Shown here: piece by piece, positions 49,074 to 57,313 of the stretch
How positions within the stretch are numbered: the stretch's first letter is position 1
How the letters are laid out: every line of letters starts with the position of its first letter
Origin: Pseudomonadota bacterium
GTDB taxonomy: Bacteria > Pseudomonadota > Alphaproteobacteria > Micavibrionales > UBA2020
Reading direction: 5' to 3'
Length of the DNA: 64,000 nucleotides
Assembly: GCA_021849295.1 (NCBI GenBank)
Contig: JAJZTA010000002.1
Coordinates: 51,989 to 115,988, forward strand
The notes under the pieces: model-generated
The model's input: only the letters and a program-made list of their open reading frames with translations
Told to the model about the DNA's origin: nothing
The model's database searches: none
Translations under genes and position numbers: made by a program

Positions 49074-49634
49074 TCATATGCGCGCCGCGGAAAGGGTCTG
49101 TCCGGCATTGGTCGCGGCGCAGGAAGGAGCCGGCAACAGAAACGAAGCGCTTTTTTGCGGCGTGTCCAACATCTCCTGCAACTGCCCGCGCGCGCGGGAA
49201 AGACGCGAGCGCACGGTGCCGACGGGGATCTTCAGCCTCTGGGCGACCTCCTCGTAGCGCAGGCCCTGAATGCAGACGAGCACCAGAATATTGTGATGTT
49301 CCGGCCGCAAGCGCTTCATCGTCGACATGATCGTCGACAGATCCACCCTGTTTTCCTGACAGGAGTCCTCCGCGATCCGGTTGAGATAGAAATCGGGATC
49401 GTGCTGGAATTCGAACTTTTTCTCGTGACGGTATTGCGAGATGAAGATATTGAACATGATCGTCGACAGCCAGCTGAAAAGATTGGTCCCCTCCTCGAAA
49501 TAGTCCTTCTTCTCCAGCGCCCGCAGGATGGTCGACTGCGACAAATCCTGCGCGTCGGAAGCGTTTCTCGTCAGGCGCAGCGCGAATTTGCGCAGGTTGA
49601 CTTCTTCGCGGACAAGCTCTTCCTGATATGACAT
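49074..49634 (-). CDS. ECF-type sigma-70 family factor
   Basis: Start MSYQEELVREE. Region 2 DAQDLSQSTILRAL..FSWLSTIMFNIFISQYR. Region 4 YEEVAQRLKIPVGTVRSRLSRARGQL. Ends 64 nt upstream of the tolC-like gene. Confidence 0.8.
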   Translation of the reverse strand: MSYQEELVREEVNLRKFALRLTRNASDAQDLSQSTILRALEKKDYFEEGTNLFSWLSTIMFNIFISQYRHEKKFEFQHDPDFYLNRIAEDSCQENRVDLSTIMSTMKRLRPEHHNILVLVCIQGLRYEEVAQRLKIPVGTVRSRLSRARGQLQEMLDTPQKSASFLLPAPSCAATNAGQTLSAARI

Positions 49635-49766
49635 GGTTTCTCCTTGCGCTGCCTTGGGAGCCGGATGCAACGACTAAACCTTCGGGCGCGAAAAGTATTT
49701 GACGCCCGTCAGAAATGAGCCGATTGACGATTTTTCGCCGATACCGCTCTTTGGAAGAGTACGCCT

Positions 49767-50207
49767 TCAGGCTATGGCGGAAAAAGAGATGTTTACAAGC
49801 GCATGATTGTCCTCGATCCATTCCGCCATCGCCCGCTCCTGCTCCAGAATTTCCCTGCACGCCTGCAGCACATCGGACGTATGCCCTTTGCGCGCGATAA
49901 AGATGATCTTTTCGTACAAATCGACCTCGGCGCACTTGATCGTAAACAGGTTCTCCCGCGAAATTTTCGGCACCAGCCGCGCGACGCCCCTCTTGAAGCG
50001 GGATTTGTCGACGCCGTTGATGTCGAGACACGCGTCGAGCAGCTTCATCTGCCAGCGCGTTTCCGAAAGATGCTCGTGCAATCGCTCCCGCGCCGCGGGA
50101 TGGACGACGGCATTCAGGCACTTGCGCAAGGCGCTCAAGGATTCCTTCTCGACCTCGCAGGCCGTGCATAAAAGCGTCCAAAGATGTTCCGACATCGCTT
50201 TGTCCAT
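49767..50207 (-). CDS. Ferritin-like four-helix protein, DUF892 (YciE/YciF)-like
   Basis: HLSETRWQMKLLDACL and ILEQERAMAEWIEDN resemble DUF892 motifs. Assignment from memory. Confidence 0.45.
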   Translation of the reverse strand: MDKAMSEHLWTLLCTACEVEKESLSALRKCLNAVVHPAARERLHEHLSETRWQMKLLDACLDINGVDKSRFKRGVARLVPKISRENLFTIKCAEVDLYEKIIFIARKGHTSDVLQACREILEQERAMAEWIEDNHALVNISFSAIA

Positions 50208-50214
50208 TTCCGCT

Positions 50215-50997
50215 TTAAATTTCCAACGCCGCAATCAGTCTTTTTTGCAGAACCGGAGGCACATCCAGACATAAAATATCCATGACCTTGCGGGCGTCGA
50301 CGCCGTGCGTCTTCACGATATGGCCGAGCTCTCCCGCAAAACCCGCTTTTGACGCATGCCACGCGCTCTCCGCATATTGAACGACTTCGGCAATCCTGAT
50401 TTGCGTGACAAACGCGGGCGCGTCTATGCCCTTGTAGAGGGCGGACACGGCACGCGCGGTTTTTTCGTCCAGCGCGCCGATGACGATTTTTGGCGGGTGG
50501 AAAAAATCGCGGACCGCCGCGCCCGCGCGCAGAAACGCGGGGTTGTTGCCGAATCCGAAGTCGGGCCCCGCGGTCATTTTGGAGCAGTCCTCCAGCGTCG
50601 GGATGGCGACGCTGTGCGCCGTGCCCGGCGCGCCCGTACTGCGTAAAACGACGCTGTGATAGGATTCTTTCTTGCCGATGGCGACGCCGATGCGGCTGCA
50701 AACGGCGCGGATGCCGTCTTGCAGCGGCGCGCCGTCTTCCGGCTCGGCGCAGATCAGGGAAAGATCGCTCTCCATGACGGCCTCTGCGCAGTCCGCCGTC
50801 GCCTTGAGCGCGCCTTTCGCAACGGCGCGGGAAACGATCTCCTCCAGCTCCGTCTCCGCGACGGGCGCGTGTCCGCCACGGATGCGTTTCACTTTGGAAA
50901 GGTCGGGATCGGCGATGATGACGTCATGCCCCAGATCCGCCAGACAGGCGCCGGTAACTGCGCCGACATACCCCGCTCCGAAAATACTGACCCGCAT
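50215..50997 (-). pseudogene. Truncated GDP-mannose/UDP-glucose 6-dehydrogenase (AlgD-like), lacking catalytic Cys and C-terminal domain
   Basis: MRVSIFGAGYVGAVTGACLADLGHDV...VVLRSTGAPGT..IPTLEDCSKMTAGPDFGFGNNPAFLRAGAAV...AEVVQYAESAWHASKAGFAGELGHIVKTHGVDARKVMDILCLD then a stop at 260 aa. Full-length family members are ~390-440 aa with GFGGSC..KD after this point. Confidence 0.65.
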
Positions 50998-51017
50998 CTT
51001 GCCTTCTCCCGCCGCTG

Positions 51018-52526
51018 TTATGCCGCTTTCAGTTTCTGGTCGTAGCTGCCAATCTCGGGAAAGCCGGAGAGAACGGCGTCTATCTCCGCGAACATGCCGT
51101 GCATATTCGCTTTCGACGCCGGGCTTTCGACGACGACGACGAGCCCCGGCTTGTTCGAGGACGCGCGCACCAGCCCCCATGTGCCGTCCTCCAGTGTGAT
51201 CCGCACACCGTTGACGGTATTGAGGCTGGCGATTTTGCGGCCCATCACCGTGCCGCCCTTCTTTATCTTCGCCAGATAGTGCTGCGTAATCGCATCCACC
51301 ACGGCGTATTTTTTATCGTCGTCGCACACCGGCGACATGGTGGGCGAGCTCCACGTCAGCGGCAGTTCCCCGCGCAGCTGCGCCAGCGTTTTGTCGGCGT
51401 GGCGGTCCATCATGCGGCACACCATGACGGCGGAGAGAATGCCGTCGTCATAGCCGCGCCCGACCGGCGTGTTGAAGAAGAAATGCCCGCTCTTTTCAAA
51501 GCCCGCGAGCGCGCCGAGGGCGTGCACGCGGCGCTTGATGTAGGAATGCCCCGTCTTCCAGTAGTCCGTCGTGGCATTGCGCGCCTTCAGGACGGGGTCC
51601 GTGCCGTAAAGCCCCGTCGATTTGACGTCGACGACGAAAACCGGATTCTTGCGCGTCGCCGCCAGATCGCGCGCCAGCATCACGCCGACCTTGTCGGCGA
51701 AGATTTCCATGCCGGTATTGTCGACCACGCCGCAGCGGTCGCCGTCGCCGTCGAAAGCGAAGCCGATGTCCGCGCCCGTCTCCCTCACCCTTTTGCTTAA
51801 GGCGTGGAGCATCTCCAGATCCTCGGGATTGGGATTGTAATGCGGAAAGGTATAGTCCAGCGTGCAATCCATCGCGATGACCTCGCAGCCGATCGCCTCC
51901 AGCGCCTGCGGCGCGTAGACGCCCGCCGTGCCGTTGCCGCAGGCGGCGACCACTTTCAGCCTGCGCTTCAGCTTGCCGCCCTTGGCGAGATCGGCGATGT
52001 AGCTGCCTTTCAAATCGTCTATATATATGTATGACCCGCCGGCGCGCTTCCTGACATGTCCGTTCAGGATCATCTTTTTGAGCCGCGTCATCAGCTCCGG
52101 CCCGAAAGTCAACGGGCGGGCGGCGCCCATTTTGACGCCCGTCCAGCCGTTTTCGTTATGACTGGCCGTCACCATCGCCACCGCCGGACAATCGAGCGCG
52201 AATTGCGCATAATAGGCGACAGGCGAAAGGGCGAGGCCGATATCCCTGACCTGACAGCCCGCGGAGATCAGCCCGATCGTCAGCGCATGCTTGATGGCGG
52301 CGCTGTAGGCGCGGTAGTCGTGCCCGACGACGATCGCGGGGGGAACGGATCTGGAAAGATCGTGCAGCAGCGTGCCGAGCCCCTCGCCCAGACGCTGCGC
52401 GCCGCGCAGGTTAAGCTGCTCCGGATAAAGCCAGCGCGCGTCATATTCGCGAAAGCCGCTTTCCGCAATCAGGGGTTCGCGTTCGAATGCTTCGGTGTTC
52501 GGGCGCATCGCCGTCTGCTCTGCCAT
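51018..52526 (-). CDS. Phosphomannomutase/phosphoglucomutase
   Basis: Start MAEQTAMRPN. Active-site TASHNENGWTGVK, metal loop FDGDGDRCG. Confidence 0.88.
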   Translation of the reverse strand: MAEQTAMRPNTEAFEREPLIAESGFREYDARWLYPEQLNLRGAQRLGEGLGTLLHDLSRSVPPAIVVGHDYRAYSAAIKHALTIGLISAGCQVRDIGLALSPVAYYAQFALDCPAVAMVTASHNENGWTGVKMGAARPLTFGPELMTRLKKMILNGHVRKRAGGSYIYIDDLKGSYIADLAKGGKLKRRLKVVAACGNGTAGVYAPQALEAIGCEVIAMDCTLDYTFPHYNPNPEDLEMLHALSKRVRETGADIGFAFDGDGDRCGVVDNTGMEIFADKVGVMLARDLAATRKNPVFVVDVKSTGLYGTDPVLKARNATTDYWKTGHSYIKRRVHALGALAGFEKSGHFFFNTPVGRGYDDGILSAVMVCRMMDRHADKTLAQLRGELPLTWSSPTMSPVCDDDKKYAVVDAITQHYLAKIKKGGTVMGRKIASLNTVNGVRITLEDGTWGLVRASSNKPGLVVVVESPASKANMHGMFAEIDAVLSGFPEIGSYDQKLKAA

Positions 52527-52985
52527 GTTTTTTTTCCTTGTTTTTCTTTTGAGCAAAAACCGCGGCCATGAAATCGCAGCTTGTGCACGAACAACGCACG
52601 CAGGCGAATAAAGTTCCGCGCGCGGCCGCGCTCCGAAAAAAACAACGCATCGCAATAATCATAAATTTTTCGCAAATATAAAGAAAATTATCGATTGCGA
52701 TTTTTTCCGCCAGAAGAAAAAAAGTTCTACCCCGAATTATCATTTAGTAGTAGCCTATTGGAATGGGAAGCTTGGCTGAAAAAAGTTCCCGCGTTTAGGC
52801 ACTATTAAGGATTAGAGTGTAACTTTAATCTTGTACGCGCAAAAAAGCGCTCCGGGCACGAAATGAGTAACTAAAACTCTTCCTGCCTTTTTTTTGGAAA
52901 AATCTTTGGAGAAACAACCAGCGATTCAAACGCAAGCATGCGCGGTGCATGGCTGCGTCAGATCGCAAGGCCTATGGGGGAATGA
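52527..52985. promoter_or_regulatory. 459-bp AT-rich divergent intergenic control region
   Basis: Markedly lower GC than its flanks (long A/T runs, e.g. 52650-52920). Lies between the divergent PMM/PGM gene and the giant T1SS-substrate gene. GGGGGA RBS before ATG 52986. Confidence 0.45.
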
Positions 52986-55900
52986 ATGCCAAGCAGCACT
53001 TTCAACTCGGATAACTTTAACCTGACAGACTGGGACCTGACACTGCCCGTGGACAGCACAGGCGGCACGACCGGCACGGCGAACACCGTCTATTCTCTGG
53101 TCGACTACACATCCCCCTATTTCTACAGCAACGCGGACGGCTCGATGACGTTCTCCGCACCGGTCGCCGGCGCGACGGCGGGCGCCAGCACGTTCGGCGC
53201 GGGCGCGGGCCTCAACGAACAGGGTACCGCGGGCTGGACGCTCGCCACCGGCGGCGGCACGATGTCGGCGACGCTCGCGGTCAACAGCGTTCCCACCCTG
53301 ACGGGCGGCGCGGAAGGCAGCGTCATCATCGGACAGGCGATGGTCGAGAACTCGAACGAGGCGCTGATCCAGATTTACTACGACGCCGGAAACATTTACT
53401 TCAGAAACACCCTTTACAACGGGCGTCAGGACACATACCAGTTCCACGACGCGGCGGGAAACACGCCCTCCATCGGGCTCGACCAGAAATTCTCCTATTC
53501 GATCGACGCGCACGGCAGCACGCTGACGGCGAAAATCTACATCGGCGGAGATGTCTACACGTCGACGACGCCGATCGATTCGAGCTGGAGCGCGCTGCCG
53601 CTCTACTTCAAGGCGGGCGCCTTTGACGGAGACGCGAGCGTGTCCGGCGGCAACCTGCCGCAGGCGACGGGCACGGGACAGGCGACGTTCTACGGCCTCG
53701 ACATGAGCCATATCGCGGGCAGCGGCCTCGGCGGCATTCAGGCGCCGGTCGCGGCGCCGGACAGCTTCACCGGCACGGCGGACCACGTCATCACCGGCAA
53801 CGTGCTGGCGAACGACACCGGCCCCGCAGGATTGACTTTAAGCGTCGCGCCGGAAACGCAGACGACCGCGCACGGCTCCGTCACGGTCAACGCCGACGGC
53901 ACCTTCGCTTACACGCCCACGACGGGCTACAACGGCGCGGACAGCTTCGCCTACACGCTGAAAGACGGCTCCGGCCTCACGGCGGCCGGCGACGTGCACC
54001 TCACCGTCGGCACGCCCACCGGCCTGCCGCCCGTCGCCAATCCCGACAGCTTCACCGGTACGGAAAACCAGCCCATCACCGGCAACGTGCTGACGAACGA
54101 TACGGATCCAGCCGGCCTCGCTTTAAGCGTCGCGCCTGCCACGCTGACGACGGCGCACGGCTCGGTGGTCGAGAACGCCAACGGCACCTTCACCTACACG
54201 CCGGCAACGGGGTATGTAGGGACGGATTCTTTTAATTACACGCTGCATGACAGCGCGGGACTCACGGCGACCGGCACGGTCAATGTGTCCATGACGCCGG
54301 CCACGACATCGACGGCGCCATCGGGATATTCGCTGGTGTTCGCGCCGAGCTTTGACACGCTCAGTCTCGAATCCTCCACAAACAAAGGCGGCACCTGGGA
54401 CACGACCTTCCCCTATTCGACGCCGGGATCGGCCAGCTTCAGCGGCCGCACCCTTTCCTCCAACCACGAGGCGGAGTTTTATTCCGACCCGACCGTCGGC
54501 GTCAATCCGTTCTCGGTCAGCAACGGCGTGCTGACGATCACGGCGGCCAAGGCCACCTCGCAGATGCTGCAGACGGAAGCCGCGGCGAACGGCGGCGCGA
54601 CGCTGCCCTACACGTCAGGCCTGCTCACCACCTACACGAGCTTCGCGCAGACTTACGGCCTCTATGAAATCACCGCGAAGATGCCCGCGGGGCAAGGCCT
54701 GTGGCCCGCGCTATGGATGCTGCCGGCCAGCCAGGCCTGGCCGCCGGAGATCGACCTGCTCGAGGAGATCGGCAATCTGCCGACCACCGATTACATGACG
54801 CTCCACTCCAAAACCAACGGCACCACCGGAATCACCAGTCAGGTCGACATGACGACGGGGTTCCACACCTATTCCGTCGACTGGGAGCCGAAGACCATGA
54901 CGTTCTACATCGACGGAAAGCAGGTCGGCCAGATGGCCACGCCTGCCGACATGAACCAGCCGATGTATCTGCTGATGAACCTCGCGGTCGGCGGCACGGG
55001 CAGCTGGCCGGGCGCGCCGAACAGTTCGACCGTGTTCCCCGCCCAGATGCAGGTCAGCTCGGTGCAGGTCTATGCCTCGCCGAACACCATCGCGGATTAT
55101 AACCACGTCGGCGTGCAGACAACCACTGCGCCGACCCCGACGCCGACGCCGACGCCAACTCCGACGCCGACACCAACTCCGACGCCGACACCAACTCCGA
55201 CTCCGGCGCCGACAACCTCAAACCTGCCGCCCGTCGCCAATCCGGACAGTTTCTCCGGCACGGAAAACCACCCCATCACAGGCAACGTGATGGCCAATGA
55301 CACCGATCCAAACGGCCTGACTTTAAGCGTCGATCCCGGCACGTTCGCCACCACGAAGGGCGGCGTTCTGCAGATAGCCTCCGACGGCAGCTTCACCTAC
55401 ACGCCGGCGACGGGATTTACGGGGACGGACAAGGTTTACTATACGCTGGCCGACAGCGCTGGCCTGAAATCAAGCGGTCTGGTGACGCTGAACGTCGGAA
55501 CATCGCAAAACCCGCCCGTGGCAAACCCCGACAGCTTCACCGGCACGGAAAATCACGTCGTCACCGGCAACGTGATGGCGAACGACACCGACCCGAACGG
55601 CCTTGCTTTAAGCGTCACCGCAGGCACCTTTGCCACCGCGCACGGCGGCAGCGTTGTCCTGAACGCCGACGGCACGTTCACCTATACACCCGCGGCAAAC
55701 TATTCCGGCACCGACAGCTTTACCTATACGCTGAACGACACCGCGGGGCTCACGGCGGCAGGAACGGCGACGATCGCCATCACCGCGCCGCTCAGCCCGC
55801 CCGTCGCCAATCCGGACAGCTTCACCGGCACGGAAAATCACGTCGTCACCGGCAACGTGATGGCCAACGACACCGATCCGAACGGCCTGGCTTTAAGCGT

Positions 55901-57311
55901 CACCGCCGCCACTTTGACGACGGCGCACGGCGGCACGGTCGTAACAAACGCCGACGGCACGTTTACCTACACGCCCGCGGCAAACTACGCCGGTCCCGAC
56001 AGCTTTACCTATACGCTGAACGACACCGCGGGGCTCACCGCCACCGGCACGGCGACCCTCGCCATCGAAGCGCCGCCCGTGGCCGCGCCGGACAATTTCA
56101 CCGGCACGGAAAACCACGTCGTCACCGGCAACGTGATGACCAACGACACCGACCCGAACGGCCTTGCCTTGAGCGTCACCGCCGCCACTTTGACGACGGC
56201 GCACGGCGGCACGGTCGTGACGAACGCCGACGGCACCTTCACCTATACGCCGGCGGCGAACTTCATTGGCACGGACAGCTTCAACTATACGCTGAACGAC
56301 ACCGCGGGGCTCACGTCCACCGGCACGGCGACGCTGGTCATCGACGGGCCGCCCGTGGCCGCGCCGGACAGCTTCACCGGCACGGAGAACCACGTCGTCA
56401 CCGGCAACGTGATGGCCAACGACACCGATCCGAACGGCCTCGCCTTAAGCGTCACCGCCGCCACTTTGACGACGGCGCACGGCGGCACGGTCGTAACGAA
56501 CGCCGACGGCACCTTCGCCTATACGCCCGCGGCAAACTTCACCGGCACGGACAGCTTCAACTATACGCTGCACGACACCGCCGGGCTCTCGGCCACCGGA
56601 ACGGCGACGCTTACCATAGACGCGCCGCCCCCCGCGCTCCCGCCCGCCGATCCGGTCGCGCACACCGACCTCTGGACGGGCATGGAAAACCTGCCGATGT
56701 TCGGCAACGTACTGACCAATAACGGCCTCGGCGCAGATACGGACCCGAACGGCCTTGCCTTGAGCCTCACGCCAGCCACCCTGACGACGGCGCACGGCGC
56801 AGCCGTCACGGAGGCCAGCGACGGCACCTTCACCTACATACCGAAGACAGGCTTCATCGGCACCGACAGCTTCAACTATACGCTGAACGACAGCGCGGGG
56901 CATACGGCGACCGGCACGGTGGACGTCACCATAGGGCCTTCTCCCACGCAGGGAGAAACCATCACCTTCGGGTATGGCAGCAGCATGCTCTTCGGCGCTT
57001 CGGGCGGACACGATACGTTCGTCTTCAACGCCGCCAACCTCGGCACCGGTACCGACACCATCAGGGGCTTCTCCACGACGAACGGCGATGTCATCAACAT
57101 TTCCAATGTCCTCGCCGGACATTACAACCCCGCGGCGAGCGCGGCGGTGTCGAACTTCGTCAACGTCGTGACCAGCGGCCACAACAGCGTCGTGGAGGTC
57201 GACCTCTCGGGACATGCGGGCGCTTCCGGCTGGGCGCAGGTGGCCACGATCTTCAGCGAGCCGAATCTCGACGCGCAAACGCTCATCAATCACGGCAATC
57301 TGGTTGTGTAA
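52986..57311 (+). CDS. 1441-aa secreted multidomain glycanase/adhesin: PL7-like domain, 2 repeats, GH16 domain, PT linker, 6 repeats, type I secretion C-terminal target domain
   Basis: No signal peptide. N-terminus NLTDWDLTLPVD...IIGQAMVEN...LYFKAGAFDGD (alginate-lyase-2/PL7 pattern). GH16 catalytic EIDLLE at nt 54747..54764. Eight PVANPDSFTGTENHVVTGNVMANDTDPNGLALSV..DGTFTYTP..DSFTYTL units. C-terminus GGHDTFVF..GTDTIRGFSTTNGDVINISNVL, resembling the VCA0849-type T1SS signal. Confidence 0.9.
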   Translation: MPSSTFNSDNFNLTDWDLTLPVDSTGGTTGTANTVYSLVDYTSPYFYSNADGSMTFSAPVAGATAGASTFGAGAGLNEQGTAGWTLATGGGTMSATLAVNSVPTLTGGAEGSVIIGQAMVENSNEALIQIYYDAGNIYFRNTLYNGRQDTYQFHDAAGNTPSIGLDQKFSYSIDAHGSTLTAKIYIGGDVYTSTTPIDSSWSALPLYFKAGAFDGDASVSGGNLPQATGTGQATFYGLDMSHIAGSGLGGIQAPVAAPDSFTGTADHVITGNVLANDTGPAGLTLSVAPETQTTAHGSVTVNADGTFAYTPTTGYNGADSFAYTLKDGSGLTAAGDVHLTVGTPTGLPPVANPDSFTGTENQPITGNVLTNDTDPAGLALSVAPATLTTAHGSVVENANGTFTYTPATGYVGTDSFNYTLHDSAGLTATGTVNVSMTPATTSTAPSGYSLVFAPSFDTLSLESSTNKGGTWDTTFPYSTPGSASFSGRTLSSNHEAEFYSDPTVGVNPFSVSNGVLTITAAKATSQMLQTEAAANGGATLPYTSGLLTTYTSFAQTYGLYEITAKMPAGQGLWPALWMLPASQAWPPEIDLLEEIGNLPTTDYMTLHSKTNGTTGITSQVDMTTGFHTYSVDWEPKTMTFYIDGKQVGQMATPADMNQPMYLLMNLAVGGTGSWPGAPNSSTVFPAQMQVSSVQVYASPNTIADYNHVGVQTTTAPTPTPTPTPTPTPTPTPTPTPTPTPAPTTSNLPPVANPDSFSGTENHPITGNVMANDTDPNGLTLSVDPGTFATTKGGVLQIASDGSFTYTPATGFTGTDKVYYTLADSAGLKSSGLVTLNVGTSQNPPVANPDSFTGTENHVVTGNVMANDTDPNGLALSVTAGTFATAHGGSVVLNADGTFTYTPAANYSGTDSFTYTLNDTAGLTAAGTATIAITAPLSPPVANPDSFTGTENHVVTGNVMANDTDPNGLALSVTAATLTTAHGGTVVTNADGTFTYTPAANYAGPDSFTYTLNDTAGLTATGTATLAIEAPPVAAPDNFTGTENHVVTGNVMTNDTDPNGLALSVTAATLTTAHGGTVVTNADGTFTYTPAANFIGTDSFNYTLNDTAGLTSTGTATLVIDGPPVAAPDSFTGTENHVVTGNVMANDTDPNGLALSVTAATLTTAHGGTVVTNADGTFAYTPAANFTGTDSFNYTLHDTAGLSATGTATLTIDAPPPALPPADPVAHTDLWTGMENLPMFGNVLTNNGLGADTDPNGLALSLTPATLTTAHGAAVTEASDGTFTYIPKTGFIGTDSFNYTLNDSAGHTATGTVDVTIGPSPTQGETITFGYGSSMLFGASGGHDTFVFNAANLGTGTDTIRGFSTTNGDVINISNVLAGHYNPAASAAVSNFVNVVTSGHNSVVEVDLSGHAGASGWAQVATIFSEPNLDAQTLINHGNLVV
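53745..54296 (+). repeat. Two coding tandem ~95-aa cadherin/Ig-like repeats (copies 1-2)
   Basis: Units start at nt 53745 and 54030. Confidence 0.85.
55128..55214 (+). repeat. Coding (Thr-Pro)12 linker microsatellite-like repeat
   Basis: gcg ccg (acN ccN)x12 gcg ccg encodes AP(TP)12AP. Confidence 0.95.
55230..56939 (+). repeat. Six coding tandem ~92-100-aa repeats (copies 3-8); copies 4-7 are near-identical at DNA level
   Basis: Unit starts at nt 55230, 55515, 55800, 56076, 56352 and 56652, giving periods of 285, 285, 276, 276 and 300 bp. Confidence 0.9.
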
Positions 57312-57313
57312 GC

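Noticed and set aside
49069-50181. 370-aa minus-strand ORF spanning the ECF sigma and DUF892-like genes.
   Set aside because: It is out of frame with both better-supported genes, has Arg/Gly-rich composition, and shows no motifs.
55128-56939. Regularly spaced repeats considered as a possible CRISPR array or satellite.
   Set aside because: Units are 276-300 bp with no short unique spacers. They maintain one long open frame encoding Ig/cadherin-like modules and a (TP)12 linker, and no cas genes are present. These are coding tandem repeats.
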